This document shows, piece after piece, positions 7,983 through 17,242 of a stretch of 53,646 bases of DNA. The position numbers and the translations under genes were made by a program. The DNA is taken from positions 1-53,646 of the forward strand of contig LFCN01000004.1 of assembly GCA_001189075.1 (NCBI GenBank), written 5' to 3'. Under the pieces are notes generated by a model. It ran no database searches. It had not been told where the DNA came from and saw only the letters and a program-made list of their open reading frames with translations. Position 1 is the stretch's first letter; each line of letters opens with the position of its first letter. The DNA is from Parcubacteria bacterium C7867-004 (GTDB lineage Bacteria > Patescibacteriota > Minisyncoccia > Phycocordibacterales > Phycocordibacteraceae).

Positions 7983-9788
7983 ATGTACAACCCCGAGCGC
8001 GTAACCTATTTCGCTGCAACTGATGCGCGAGGGAAGCGCGTGCCCTTCGGCATCAAGGCGAAGGATCGCAGTCGCCACATGTACGTCATCGGGAAGACGG
8101 GTATGGGTAAGTCGACCATGCTCGAGAACATGGCGATCCAGGATATCCGGAACGGAGAAGGTATGGCCTTCATCGATCCGCACGGAAGCGCCGTTGAGAA
8201 GCTGCTCGATTTCATACCGCCCGAGCGCATAAAGGACGTCGTATATTTCGCGCCGTTCGATCTCGCACAGCCAATCGCGTTCAACGTGATGGAGGACGTC
8301 GGGTACGACAAGCGGCATCTCGTGGTGTCGGGACTCATGGCCACCTTCAAGAAGATCTGGGTGGATGCGTGGTCCGCCCGCATGGAATACATCCTCTCGA
8401 ACACGCTGCTCGCGCTCCTTGAGTATCCTGACTCGACCCTGCTCGGGGTGAACCGCATGTACACCGACAAGAACTACCGGAAGAAGGTGGTTGAGAACGT
8501 GAAGGATCCGGTGGTGAAGGATTTCTGGACGAAGGAGTTCGCGAATTACGGCGATCGGTATACGCAGGAAGCGACTCCGGCGATTCAGAACAAGATCGGG
8601 CAGTTCACGAGCAACCCGCTCATACGCAACATCATCGGCCAGCCGCACTCTACCTTCGACATCCGAGATCTGATGGATTCGCGCAAGATCCTGCTTGTGA
8701 ACCTCTCGAAGGGGCTGGTGGGCGATACCAATATGCAGCTCCTGGGGTCCATGATAACGACGCGCATCTTCCTCGGCGCGATGAGCCGCGCAAATCTTCC
8801 GGCACACGAGCTCGCAAAAGCACCGAGCTTCTATTTCTATGTCGACGAGTTCCAGAACTTCGCGAACGAGAGCTTCTCGGAAATTCTCTCCGAAGCCCGA
8901 AAGTATCAGCTGAACCTGATCATCGCGCACCAGTACGTTGCCCAAATGGAAGAGGAAGTACAGGCTGCCGTTTTTGGTAACGTCGGTACGACGGTCTCGT
9001 TCCGAGTCGGTCCGCTCGATGCCGAGCTTCTTGAGAAAGTCTTCATGCCGAAGTTCCTGCAGGAGGATCTCGTGAACCTGGGGTACACACAGATTTACCT
9101 TTCACTCATGATCGATGGAGTCGGTTCTCAGCCGTTCTCAGCGCTCACCATTCCGCCTATCGAGCAGCCCGCTCGTTCCTATCGCCAGGAGGTGATCGAG
9201 ATGTCGCGCCTGCAGTTCGCGCCGGCCGGACGCGAAGGTATCGAGGAATCGATCCTTACGGAACTCTCGCTCTCCGATGTCGAAGAGCAGGCTGCACGTG
9301 CACGGCAGTCAGAAGAGGATAAGAACAAGGCAGCACGTCCGATGACTTCCACACAGGCTCGGCCCGCTCCTCGTCGCGATGATCGTCCGGCTCCGCGAGA
9401 AGAGCGACCAGCTCCAAGAGAGGATAGGGGACCGGTTCGTCATGCTGAGCGTCCATCGTCTCGCCCTGCGCCGGCTCGGGAAGAACGCGCTCAACCGCAA
9501 GCAGCCACGAAGACCGCGGACGACCTTAAGGCAATTCTGCGTGCGACGATCGCAGGAGCTGCGAAGGAAACGCAGAAGAAGGAGCAGGGAAAGGAACAGA
9601 ACCTCAGGCATGCGCTCTCAGATGTGATCCGCAATACCGAGCCGGAACCTCGTCCAAGGATCCCGAAGCCGCAGGAGCCCCAGTCTCGAATGGAAGAGCG
9701 TCCGCACCCGCCCGCACCGCGCGAAGAGCCACGCCCCATATTTGAAGTGCCTGAGGAGACGCTGCGATCTTTGTTCAAGGACGTGTAA
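7983..9788 (+). CDS. Soluble VirD4/TraG/TraD-like (type IV coupling-protein-like) P-loop ATPase with a charged low-complexity tail
   Basis: Walker A VIGKTGMGKST, Walker B FYFYVDEFQNF, and RKYQLNLIIAHQY. There is no N-terminal TM helix. The last ~170 aa are Pro/Arg/Glu-rich with RPAPRE-type repeats. A GTG at 7962 is an alternative start. Confidence 0.82.
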   Translation: MYNPERVTYFAATDARGKRVPFGIKAKDRSRHMYVIGKTGMGKSTMLENMAIQDIRNGEGMAFIDPHGSAVEKLLDFIPPERIKDVVYFAPFDLAQPIAFNVMEDVGYDKRHLVVSGLMATFKKIWVDAWSARMEYILSNTLLALLEYPDSTLLGVNRMYTDKNYRKKVVENVKDPVVKDFWTKEFANYGDRYTQEATPAIQNKIGQFTSNPLIRNIIGQPHSTFDIRDLMDSRKILLVNLSKGLVGDTNMQLLGSMITTRIFLGAMSRANLPAHELAKAPSFYFYVDEFQNFANESFSEILSEARKYQLNLIIAHQYVAQMEEEVQAAVFGNVGTTVSFRVGPLDAELLEKVFMPKFLQEDLVNLGYTQIYLSLMIDGVGSQPFSALTIPPIEQPARSYRQEVIEMSRLQFAPAGREGIEESILTELSLSDVEEQAARARQSEEDKNKAARPMTSTQARPAPRRDDRPAPREERPAPREDRGPVRHAERPSSRPAPAREERAQPQAATKTADDLKAILRATIAGAAKETQKKEQGKEQNLRHALSDVIRNTEPEPRPRIPKPQEPQSRMEERPHPPAPREEPRPIFEVPEETLRSLFKDV

Positions 9789-9871
9789 CGTCCGGTCTGC
9801 GGTACGCGTTATATACGATGAACGACATTATCAGAACCGATACGGCATACCGGCATGATCCAAGCTTGATT

Positions 9872-9910
9872 GCCCAGCTCCAGTGCATAGAAACTGCACT
9901 GGAGCTGGGC
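9872..9910 (+). other. Perfect 16-bp hairpin without a U-tract (terminator variant or regulatory structure)
   Basis: GCCCAGCTCCAGTGCA-TAGAAAC-TGCACTGGAGCTGGGC. Confidence 0.55.
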
Positions 9911-9953
9911 GCATTGCGTCCCTTAGTCCTACCGCGTATCGTTCCCGTACTAC

Positions 9954-11399
9954 ATGTCTAAGACCATCCTTGTCACCGGCGGAGCCGGATTCATCGGCAG
10001 CAATCTCTGTAAGCGCCTTGTAAATGATGGGCATCGGGTAATCAGCCTCGACAATTATTTCGCGGGAAGCCAGAAGAATCACGTCCCGGGCGTCGAATAC
10101 CGCGAAGGCCATACCAAGGACATCGAGCAGCATGTCAGCGAGACTCCCGACGTGGTGTATCATCTGGGCGAATATTCCCGAGTCGAGCAGAGCGTTCTCG
10201 AGCCTGATGTCGTCTTTGACCTGAATACCGAAGGCACGAAGGGTGTCATCGCGTTCTGGAAGAAGCGACGGTGCAAGCTCGTGTATGCCGGCTCGTCCAC
10301 GAAATTCGCGGACGAGGGGTTGGACAAGGAGACGGTCCCGTATGTCGCGACGAAAGCCGCGAACACCGAACTCGTCAAAGCCGTTGGTGACTCGGAAGGA
10401 CTTTCGTACGCCATCACGTATTTCTATAACGTATACGGGCCGGGCGAGCGGGCCGGCGTCTACGGTACCGTCATAGAAGCGTTCAAGCAGATGTACCAGG
10501 AAGGCGTACCGTTCACCATCACGAGTCCCGGTACGCAAGCGCGGAACTTCACGCATGTCGATGATATTGTCGATGGTCTCGTACTCGTCGGCGAGCATGG
10601 GCAAGGAGACGAATACGGCCTCGGGAACGAACGGATCTTCACCATCCTCGAGGTAGCGAATCTGTTCGGGGGAGATGTTGTGATGCTGCCTGCACGCAGC
10701 GCTAACCGCACGCTATCTAAACTTGATACGTCGAAGTCACGCTCACTTGGCTGGAACCCGACACGCGAGCTCGATGCATACATCAGCGACTTTCGCGCTT
10801 CCTGTCCTCGTGGAGTCGCTCGCGAGAAGCGCGTCCTCGTATTCTCGACGACCTTCTATCCGATAATGGGACCGGCAGAGCAGGCGCTCGTCGAGCTCAT
10901 GCGGCAAATGCCTGACGTATCATTCGATATTGTGACTGCGGCATTCGCTCACGATGCGCACGCATCGGGGTCACCCGTTGCCAATGCGCAGGTGCATCGT
11001 GTTGGCTTTGGTCATCCCGTCGATAAGTACCTACTGCCAATTCTGGGTTCCCTGAAAGGCATGGCGCTCCAGCGTACACATCGCTATCTTTTCGCCTGGG
11101 CACTTATGGCGAGCTACGGCGCGCTCGCTGGTATTCTCGTGCGACGGCTGAAGCGACTTCCACTGCTTACCACCCTCGCCGATCAGCGTCTGGAAAACAT
11201 TTCCCCGATCGTACGATTGCTGCTGCGTCTCATCCTCTCGGAAACGGATCAGGTCTATGGCATCGACGCGACGCAGGAGGCACAGGTTCAGGGAGTCGCG
11301 CGTCGTGCTCTTGCTCGCACCTCGATAGGGGAAGGGGACGCATTCGCTAATCAGCTGCGTTATGCGTATGCGCAGACGCTCATCGCTCTGAAGTCATAA
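9954..11399 (+). CDS. NAD-dependent sugar-nucleotide epimerase/dehydratase (UDP-glucuronate-decarboxylase-like SDR) fused to an orphan GT4 N-terminal-half domain
   Basis: ILVTGGAGFIGSNL and the YxxxK-type motif PYVATKAANT in aa 1-~295. The C-terminal ~185 aa (RVLVFSTTFYPIMGPAEQA...HRVGFG...) parallel the N-terminus of the next GT4 gene. Confidence 0.8.
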   Translation: MSKTILVTGGAGFIGSNLCKRLVNDGHRVISLDNYFAGSQKNHVPGVEYREGHTKDIEQHVSETPDVVYHLGEYSRVEQSVLEPDVVFDLNTEGTKGVIAFWKKRRCKLVYAGSSTKFADEGLDKETVPYVATKAANTELVKAVGDSEGLSYAITYFYNVYGPGERAGVYGTVIEAFKQMYQEGVPFTITSPGTQARNFTHVDDIVDGLVLVGEHGQGDEYGLGNERIFTILEVANLFGGDVVMLPARSANRTLSKLDTSKSRSLGWNPTRELDAYISDFRASCPRGVAREKRVLVFSTTFYPIMGPAEQALVELMRQMPDVSFDIVTAAFAHDAHASGSPVANAQVHRVGFGHPVDKYLLPILGSLKGMALQRTHRYLFAWALMASYGALAGILVRRLKRLPLLTTLADQRLENISPIVRLLLRLILSETDQVYGIDATQEAQVQGVARRALARTSIGEGDAFANQLRYAYAQTLIALKS

Positions 11400-11410
11400 T
11401 CATTACCATC

Positions 11411-12619
11411 ATGAAGCGCATCCTCATATTCTCCCTCAACTACTATCCCCGTTTCATCGGCGGTGCTGAGGTGGCTATTAAGGAGATAACCGATCGCGTT
11501 TCTCCCGAGGAGATCGAGTTCCACATGGTTACGCTCCGGTTCGATTCCAATCTTCCGAAGAAGGAGCGCGTCGGGAACGTGATAGTGCACCGCATCGGTC
11601 CGACGGTGAAGGATCCGTCGATAGCGGACCTTAAGAAGTTCCCTCTGCATCTGAACAAGCATCTGTATCAGATACTCGCGGCAGACAAGGCGCTTTGGCT
11701 GCACCTCCAATATCGCTTCGACGGCATCTGGGCCATGATGGCACACTCGTGTGGCATCCCCGCAGCCATCTTTAAGATTTTCATGCCGAAAGTACCGTAC
11801 CTGCTTACGCTCCAGGAAGGGGATCCGCCTGAGCATATCGAGCGCCTCGCGCGTCCCGTATGGCCGCTCTTCAAGCGCGGATTCACGAGCGCGGATTATA
11901 TCCAGCCGATCTCGAACTTCCTATTCGCGTGGGGCATACGCATGGGCTTCAAAGGATACGGCGAGGTTATACCGAACGCGGTTGACGTCCCGAAGTTCGC
12001 GAAGGTGCAGCAGACGGCTGACATCGAACGCATGAAGGAGAAGCTCGGGAAGAAAGATGATGACGTGTTCATGGTCACAACCTCACGTCTCGTCCATAAG
12101 AATGCCGTCGACGATTGTATCCGCGCGCTCCCGCTTCTTCCAGAACACGTCTCGTTCCTTATCTACGGCATCGGTCCGGATGAGGAGAAATTACGTGCTC
12201 TCGCTGAGGAGCTCGGTGTAGCTGATCGCTCACGCTTCATGGGGCAGATCAGCCATGACGAGATGCCGCTCATGCTCCGCGCGTGCGATATATTCATTCG
12301 TCCGTCGCGATCGGAAGGTATGGGTAATTCCTTCGTTGAGGCCATGGCCGCCGGGCTTCCGGTTATTGCGACACAGGAGGGCGGTATTGCCGATTTCCTA
12401 TTCGATGAGAAAAAGAATCCCGACAAAGGGACTACGGGGTGGGCGGTAGCGAGTGATTCGCCAGAGGAGATCAGAGATGCGGTGAAGGATATACTCGCGC
12501 GCCCAGAGAAGGTTGCGAGTGTTACGAACACCGCGCGCGCTATGGTCGAAAAGACCTATGACTGGGATATCGTCGCGTCCTCAATGCGAAGCCTCTTCAC
12601 ACGCATGACGACGCGGTAG
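11411..12619 (+). CDS. Glycosyltransferase family 4
   Basis: RILIFSLNYYPRFIGGAEV at the N-terminus. C-terminal SEGMGNSFVEAMAAGLPVIATQEGG (E-x7-E region). Confidence 0.85.
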   Translation: MKRILIFSLNYYPRFIGGAEVAIKEITDRVSPEEIEFHMVTLRFDSNLPKKERVGNVIVHRIGPTVKDPSIADLKKFPLHLNKHLYQILAADKALWLHLQYRFDGIWAMMAHSCGIPAAIFKIFMPKVPYLLTLQEGDPPEHIERLARPVWPLFKRGFTSADYIQPISNFLFAWGIRMGFKGYGEVIPNAVDVPKFAKVQQTADIERMKEKLGKKDDDVFMVTTSRLVHKNAVDDCIRALPLLPEHVSFLIYGIGPDEEKLRALAEELGVADRSRFMGQISHDEMPLMLRACDIFIRPSRSEGMGNSFVEAMAAGLPVIATQEGGIADFLFDEKKNPDKGTTGWAVASDSPEEIRDAVKDILARPEKVASVTNTARAMVEKTYDWDIVASSMRSLFTRMTTR

Positions 12620-12631
12620 AATTGAATTCCT

Positions 12632-13729
12632 ATGCGGCTTCTTATTGCGACACCGCTGTATCCTCCTGAGCTCGGAGGGCCCGCGACCTACTCGAAGATC
12701 CTCGAGGAAGAATTACCGAAGCATGGCATCACGGTTGCGTTAGTTAAATTTACGGACGTGAAGCGGTATCCGAAAGGCATCCGCTCGCTGCTCTATTTCT
12801 TCACGCTCCTTCGAGCGGGAAAGGATGCCGACCTCATATTCGCGCTTGATCCAGTATCGACCGGACTCCCGTCGCTCATGGCGGCGAAACTCCTCCGTAA
12901 ACCATTAGTGCTCAAGATTGTCGGAGATTACGCATGGGAGCAGGGAAAACAGCGGTTCGGTATCTCCTCCTCGCTTGATATGTTCGTGCGTGAGCGCCAG
13001 CATTCTCCTCTGGTGCGCTTGTTCCAGCAAGTGCAGACCTACGTGGCAAAGGAGGCGAAGACGGTTATCGTGCCGAGCGAATATCTGAAAGGCATCATTG
13101 AGCACTGGGGAGTAGCGAATGATCGCATCACGGTGATCCACAATGCGGTTACGAAAGAGAATGCTGGTACGCTTCCGAAAGATCTTCCGCAGAAGCGTCC
13201 TCGCATCATCTCAGTCGGCAGGCTCGTGCCCTGGAAGGGAATGGGCGGGCTCATTGATGCGGTCGCAGATGCGCGCCAGAAGATTCCGGACGCAACGCTC
13301 ATCATCGCGGGGGAAGGTCCTGATCGCAATGACCTCGAGGCGTATGCGAAGGCACGCCTTAGGGACGGCTACCAATTCACGGGGAGTCTTGATAACGGTG
13401 AAGTGCATGCGCTGCTCGCGAGTGCGGATATGCTCGTACTCAACTCCTCATACGAAGGCCTCTCGCATCTCCTTATCGAGGCGATGATCGAAGGTACGCC
13501 CACCATCGCTACCGCAGTTGGTGGCAACGGTGAGGTTATCACCGACGGCGTAGACGGCATGCTCGTGCCCCATGGAGACCGTACGGCGCTTGCAGACGCA
13601 ATCGTTGCACTCGCTACCGAGGAGGGTCTTGCTGAGCGTCTTCACTTCGCAGCGAAGGAATCGAGCAAGCGCTTCAGCGTCAAGACCATGATCGAGCAGA
13701 CCTCGAAGATTCTCACCGAGAACGTATGA
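12632..13729 (+). CDS. Glycosyltransferase family 4
   Basis: MRLLIATPLYPPELGGPATY and YEGLSHLLIEAMIEGTPTIATAVGGNGEV. Confidence 0.85.
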   Translation: MRLLIATPLYPPELGGPATYSKILEEELPKHGITVALVKFTDVKRYPKGIRSLLYFFTLLRAGKDADLIFALDPVSTGLPSLMAAKLLRKPLVLKIVGDYAWEQGKQRFGISSSLDMFVRERQHSPLVRLFQQVQTYVAKEAKTVIVPSEYLKGIIEHWGVANDRITVIHNAVTKENAGTLPKDLPQKRPRIISVGRLVPWKGMGGLIDAVADARQKIPDATLIIAGEGPDRNDLEAYAKARLRDGYQFTGSLDNGEVHALLASADMLVLNSSYEGLSHLLIEAMIEGTPTIATAVGGNGEVITDGVDGMLVPHGDRTALADAIVALATEEGLAERLHFAAKESSKRFSVKTMIEQTSKILTENV

Positions 13730-14865
13730 CCAAGGTACTGTTCGTTTCGAACGATCCTGCGCTCTTTATAGAAGGAAGCGCGGTACGAACGCGCATGCAG
13801 CGCTACGCGCACGAGATCGGCGAACTCTTTATTGTCTCCCGTGCACCCGAGTCATGTGTGATCGAAGAGGGTCCGCTCATGATCAAGGGGGTCAAGACTA
13901 CGAAGCTCGGCGTCGTGAGTGCGCTCGCCCGTGCCGCCCGTTCAATCATTCTCGAGCGGGGTATCGAGATAGTGTCAGCTCAGGACCCCTTCGAGTACGG
14001 CTTGGCGGCGCTGAACGCAACAAAAGGAACAGCAGCGAAACTCCACATACAAGTGCATACCGATCTCTGGTCACCATGGTTCATACACGGCGGGAATGCG
14101 CTCTCCGCGCAGGTGCGTATGCCGCTCCTGAATCGTGTGCGCAGGATCATCGCGGACCGGGTGCTGCCTCACGCCGATGGAATCCGCACTGTATCGAACC
14201 GCGTGCGTGAATCCCTCATCGTGCGCTACGACAGCCGTATCCCGTCGCCGTCCGTTATTCCCATAGAGGTTGATAGCAAGCTACCTGATGCAGTCCCGCT
14301 TCCTCCACACGATTTCACGTTCGCGCTCATCACGGTAAGCCGTCTTGAGCCGGAGAAGCGGATCGAAGACCTCATTTTCGCGATCGCACGCGTGAGTATG
14401 CGCTACCCGTCCGTCGGGCTCTTCATCGTCGGTGAAGGAAGTATGCGCACTCGTCTCGAACGCATGGTACACAGACTCAATCTTGGAAACCGCGTGGTAT
14501 TCCTCGGCGCGCGAACTGATGCCCGCGGCCTGATGCGAAGCTGCCAGGCGTACATTCAGGCGAGCGGGTATGAGGGCTACGGACTCACGCTCGTCGAGGC
14601 AGCCCTCTCCCGTATCCCGATCATAACCACCGACGTCGGCATTGTTGGAGAGGTCTTTAAAGGCTTTGAAGAGGTGCTCGTAGCGCCTCCTGGAGACCCC
14701 GCAGCGCTCGCTACTCATATCATGGGACTGGTCGAGGATATGGACTGCAGGAGCCAGCTCATCATGTCCGCCGAACACGCAGCTAAGGAGCATTTGGCCC
14801 AGAACATGGACCAACCGAAGGCCATAGCCCTCGACCTTGCCCGGTTACTCGAAAAAAAGGGCTAA
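13726..14865 (+). CDS. Glycosyltransferase family 4
   Basis: SGYEGYGLTLVEAALSRIPIITTDVGIVGEV. ATGA overlap with the upstream gene. Confidence 0.8.
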   Translation: MTKVLFVSNDPALFIEGSAVRTRMQRYAHEIGELFIVSRAPESCVIEEGPLMIKGVKTTKLGVVSALARAARSIILERGIEIVSAQDPFEYGLAALNATKGTAAKLHIQVHTDLWSPWFIHGGNALSAQVRMPLLNRVRRIIADRVLPHADGIRTVSNRVRESLIVRYDSRIPSPSVIPIEVDSKLPDAVPLPPHDFTFALITVSRLEPEKRIEDLIFAIARVSMRYPSVGLFIVGEGSMRTRLERMVHRLNLGNRVVFLGARTDARGLMRSCQAYIQASGYEGYGLTLVEAALSRIPIITTDVGIVGEVFKGFEEVLVAPPGDPAALATHIMGLVEDMDCRSQLIMSAEHAAKEHLAQNMDQPKAIALDLARLLEKKG

Positions 14866-14898
14866 CCTGGGTACACTATCGGGAGTTATCACTCTGGC

Positions 14899-15864
14899 AT
14901 GAAGAACATAGTAACCATCGGCGGGGGGACCGGGACCTTCGTGGTCCTTTCCGGTCTGAGGCGCATTCCTGGCGTCGCTCTTTCGGCTATCGTCACCTCG
15001 GCTGACGATGGAGGCTCTACGGGGCACCTGCGGGACGCCTACGGGTTCCTGCCGGCCGGAGACGCCCGTCAGGCGCTTGTAGCGCTCGCTGAGGACGGGA
15101 ATGTACTGCGTGATCTCTTTGCCTACCGCTTCGAGAAGAGCGACGTCAAAGGGCATAACCTCGGGAATCTCTTCCTAACCGCCCTTACCGATCTGCTCGG
15201 ATCGGATGCAGCTGCGCTCGAAGAGGCGTCTCGGATCCTTCGGGTGTGCGGCACGGTTATCCCGGCGACCGAGGAGGCGACCACGCTCGTCGCGAAGCTT
15301 GCCGACGGCTCCGTACTCAAGAACGAACGGCTCATCGATGATCATGCGCAAGGACGCGCACGCATCGAAGAGCTGGCGCTCGAGAAGAACGCGGCGCTCT
15401 CTCCGGCAGCAAAAGACGCAATTGAGGAAGCCGACCTCATCGTACTTGGACCGGGTGACCTCTACACCTCGAGCATCGCCGCCTTGCTTCCGGACGGCAT
15501 GAAAGAAGCGGTGCAAGCATCGAGGGCGAGGCTCGTCTATGTCGGCAACCTGTTCACGAAAGCCGGACAGACCGAAGGATATACCGCGCGCGATCATGTG
15601 CGCGAGATAGCGCGCTATGCGGGACGCGAGCCGGATGTCATCATCCTGAACGACAACGGGCTCTCGAAGGAAGTGCTCGAGAAGTATGCCGCCGAAGGGG
15701 AGTATCCACCGGTTGATGACTTCCTTCCAACGGACGCCCGGGTGCGCAGGCTCCCGCTCGTGTCCGTGTATGTCGTTCCTGCAGTCGAGAACGATCCGCT
15801 TCCGCGCTCGCTCATCCGTCATGACCCGGCGAAGCTCGCCGCAGCGCTCAGCAAACTTCTCTAA
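14899..15864 (+). CDS. YvcK/CofD-like (UPF0052, gluconeogenesis factor family) protein
   Basis: IVTIGGGTGTFVVLSGLR and SAIVTSADDGGSTGHLRD are hallmark YvcK motifs. Confidence 0.85.
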   Translation: MKNIVTIGGGTGTFVVLSGLRRIPGVALSAIVTSADDGGSTGHLRDAYGFLPAGDARQALVALAEDGNVLRDLFAYRFEKSDVKGHNLGNLFLTALTDLLGSDAAALEEASRILRVCGTVIPATEEATTLVAKLADGSVLKNERLIDDHAQGRARIEELALEKNAALSPAAKDAIEEADLIVLGPGDLYTSSIAALLPDGMKEAVQASRARLVYVGNLFTKAGQTEGYTARDHVREIARYAGREPDVIILNDNGLSKEVLEKYAAEGEYPPVDDFLPTDARVRRLPLVSVYVVPAVENDPLPRSLIRHDPAKLAAALSKLL

Positions 15865-16736
15865 TGGACTCTCTCCGCATCGGCTTCATCGGGCAGGGAT
15901 GGATCGGCAAGAACTATGCCGACGATTTCGAGGCGCGCGGATACGACATCGTGCGCTACGGACTCGAGCCTGAGTACGCGGGCAATCGAGAGGCGATAGC
16001 CGAGTGCGATATCGTCTTCATTGCGGTACCGACGCCGACGACAGCCGCGGGATTCGACTCGTCCATCGTGCGCTCAACGCTCTCGCTCGTTGGGAAGGGG
16101 AAAATTGCGGTGCTTAAGTCGACCCTGCTCCCGGGAACAACCGAAGAGCTGCATGCCGCGTTCCCCGATATCATTCTCATGAACTCTCCGGAGTTCCTCA
16201 GGGAATCGAATGCGGCGCATGACGCTGCGCACCCGGAACGGAATCTCATCGGCATTCCCGAGGATACGGATAGCTACAAGAACGCTGCCGAGACTGTGCT
16301 ATCCGTACTGCCGAAGGCGCCCTATGCGCGAATCATGAGAGCGCGCGCTGCCGAACTCACGAAGTACGCTGGAAACGTATTCCTTACGCTCAAGGTCGTG
16401 TACGCCAACATGCTGTATGACCTCGCCGCTTCCATGGATATCCCGTACGAGGAAGTGAAGGACGCGCTTGCTGCCGATCCCCGCATAGGTCCGTCGCACC
16501 TGTCTCCGGTCTCGGCCTCCGGGCATACGGACAAAGCGGGCAGGGGAGCAGGCGGTCACTGCTTCATCAAAGACCTCGAGGCGTTCCGCAGACTCTATGC
16601 GGAGAAGGTTGGCGACGAAGAAGGAAAAGAGGTCCTTAGAGCTAACGTCCTGAAGAACAACGCGCTGCTCACGGCATCAGAAAAGGATCTCGATCTGCTT
16701 GAGGGCGTCTACGGTAAAGACGAAGATATCGCATGA
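15864..16736 (+). CDS. UDP-glucose/GDP-mannose dehydrogenase family protein, short form (no C-terminal UDP-binding domain)
   Basis: IGFIGQGWIGKN Rossmann motif, IVFIAVPTPT, and the catalytic-Cys motif GGHCFIKD. It is only 290 aa. TAATG overlap upstream. Confidence 0.7.
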   Translation: MDSLRIGFIGQGWIGKNYADDFEARGYDIVRYGLEPEYAGNREAIAECDIVFIAVPTPTTAAGFDSSIVRSTLSLVGKGKIAVLKSTLLPGTTEELHAAFPDIILMNSPEFLRESNAAHDAAHPERNLIGIPEDTDSYKNAAETVLSVLPKAPYARIMRARAAELTKYAGNVFLTLKVVYANMLYDLAASMDIPYEEVKDALAADPRIGPSHLSPVSASGHTDKAGRGAGGHCFIKDLEAFRRLYAEKVGDEEGKEVLRANVLKNNALLTASEKDLDLLEGVYGKDEDIA

Positions 16737-17242
16737 CCTATTACCTTGATTTCGATCGTACTATGTTCGACACCGAGGCCTTCAAGGAGTGGCTGTGGAA
16801 ACGCGAAGGCACTGAGGATCTTTCTCCGGAGGAACGGGTTCTCGATGCCTATCGAAAGGCTGACGACGGTACGCTCTCGTTCGCACCGGGAGAATTGTCC
16901 CGATTCCTCTACCAGGACGCCGCCGCGTTCCTCAGGGAGAAAGAGAATTCGGTTACGGTTATAACGTACGGCAACAAGGCGCTTCAGGAAGCGAAGACCA
17001 AGAGCGCATTTCACGGGATACCGCGCGTCTCGGTCATGCTTACGGGTGACGTGCGTAAGGGCGTGTTCTTGGCGCCCCATGCGCACCTGCATGCGGGCGC
17101 CGTGCTTGCCGACGACACGCCGCTCGAGCTTGAGATCATAAGCCGGGAATGTCCGGGCCTTGCGCTGTACGAGGTGCGGCGCGATGGGAAAGAAGAGGAC
17201 GGACGCTGGCCGGTCGTTCGATCGCTCTCGGAGCTTCCATGA
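16733..17242 (+). CDS. HAD-superfamily hydrolase-like protein
   Basis: Motif I YLDFDRTMFDT (DxDxT) and a C-terminal acidic motif LADDTP. ATGA overlaps at both ends. Confidence 0.6.
   Translation: MTYYLDFDRTMFDTEAFKEWLWKREGTEDLSPEERVLDAYRKADDGTLSFAPGELSRFLYQDAAAFLREKENSVTVITYGNKALQEAKTKSAFHGIPRVSVMLTGDVRKGVFLAPHAHLHAGAVLADDTPLELEIISRECPGLALYEVRRDGKEEDGRWPVVRSLSELP

Noticed and set aside
17149-17238. N-terminal extensions in the ORF track (17149, 21084, 24636, 40166, 3496, 1128, 27592, 29738).
   Set aside because: The extensions overlap the preceding gene or add residues not seen in the respective families. Internal ATGs that abut or overlap the upstream stop (17239, 21147, 24867, 40205, 3520, 1149, 27502, 29705) are more plausible starts.
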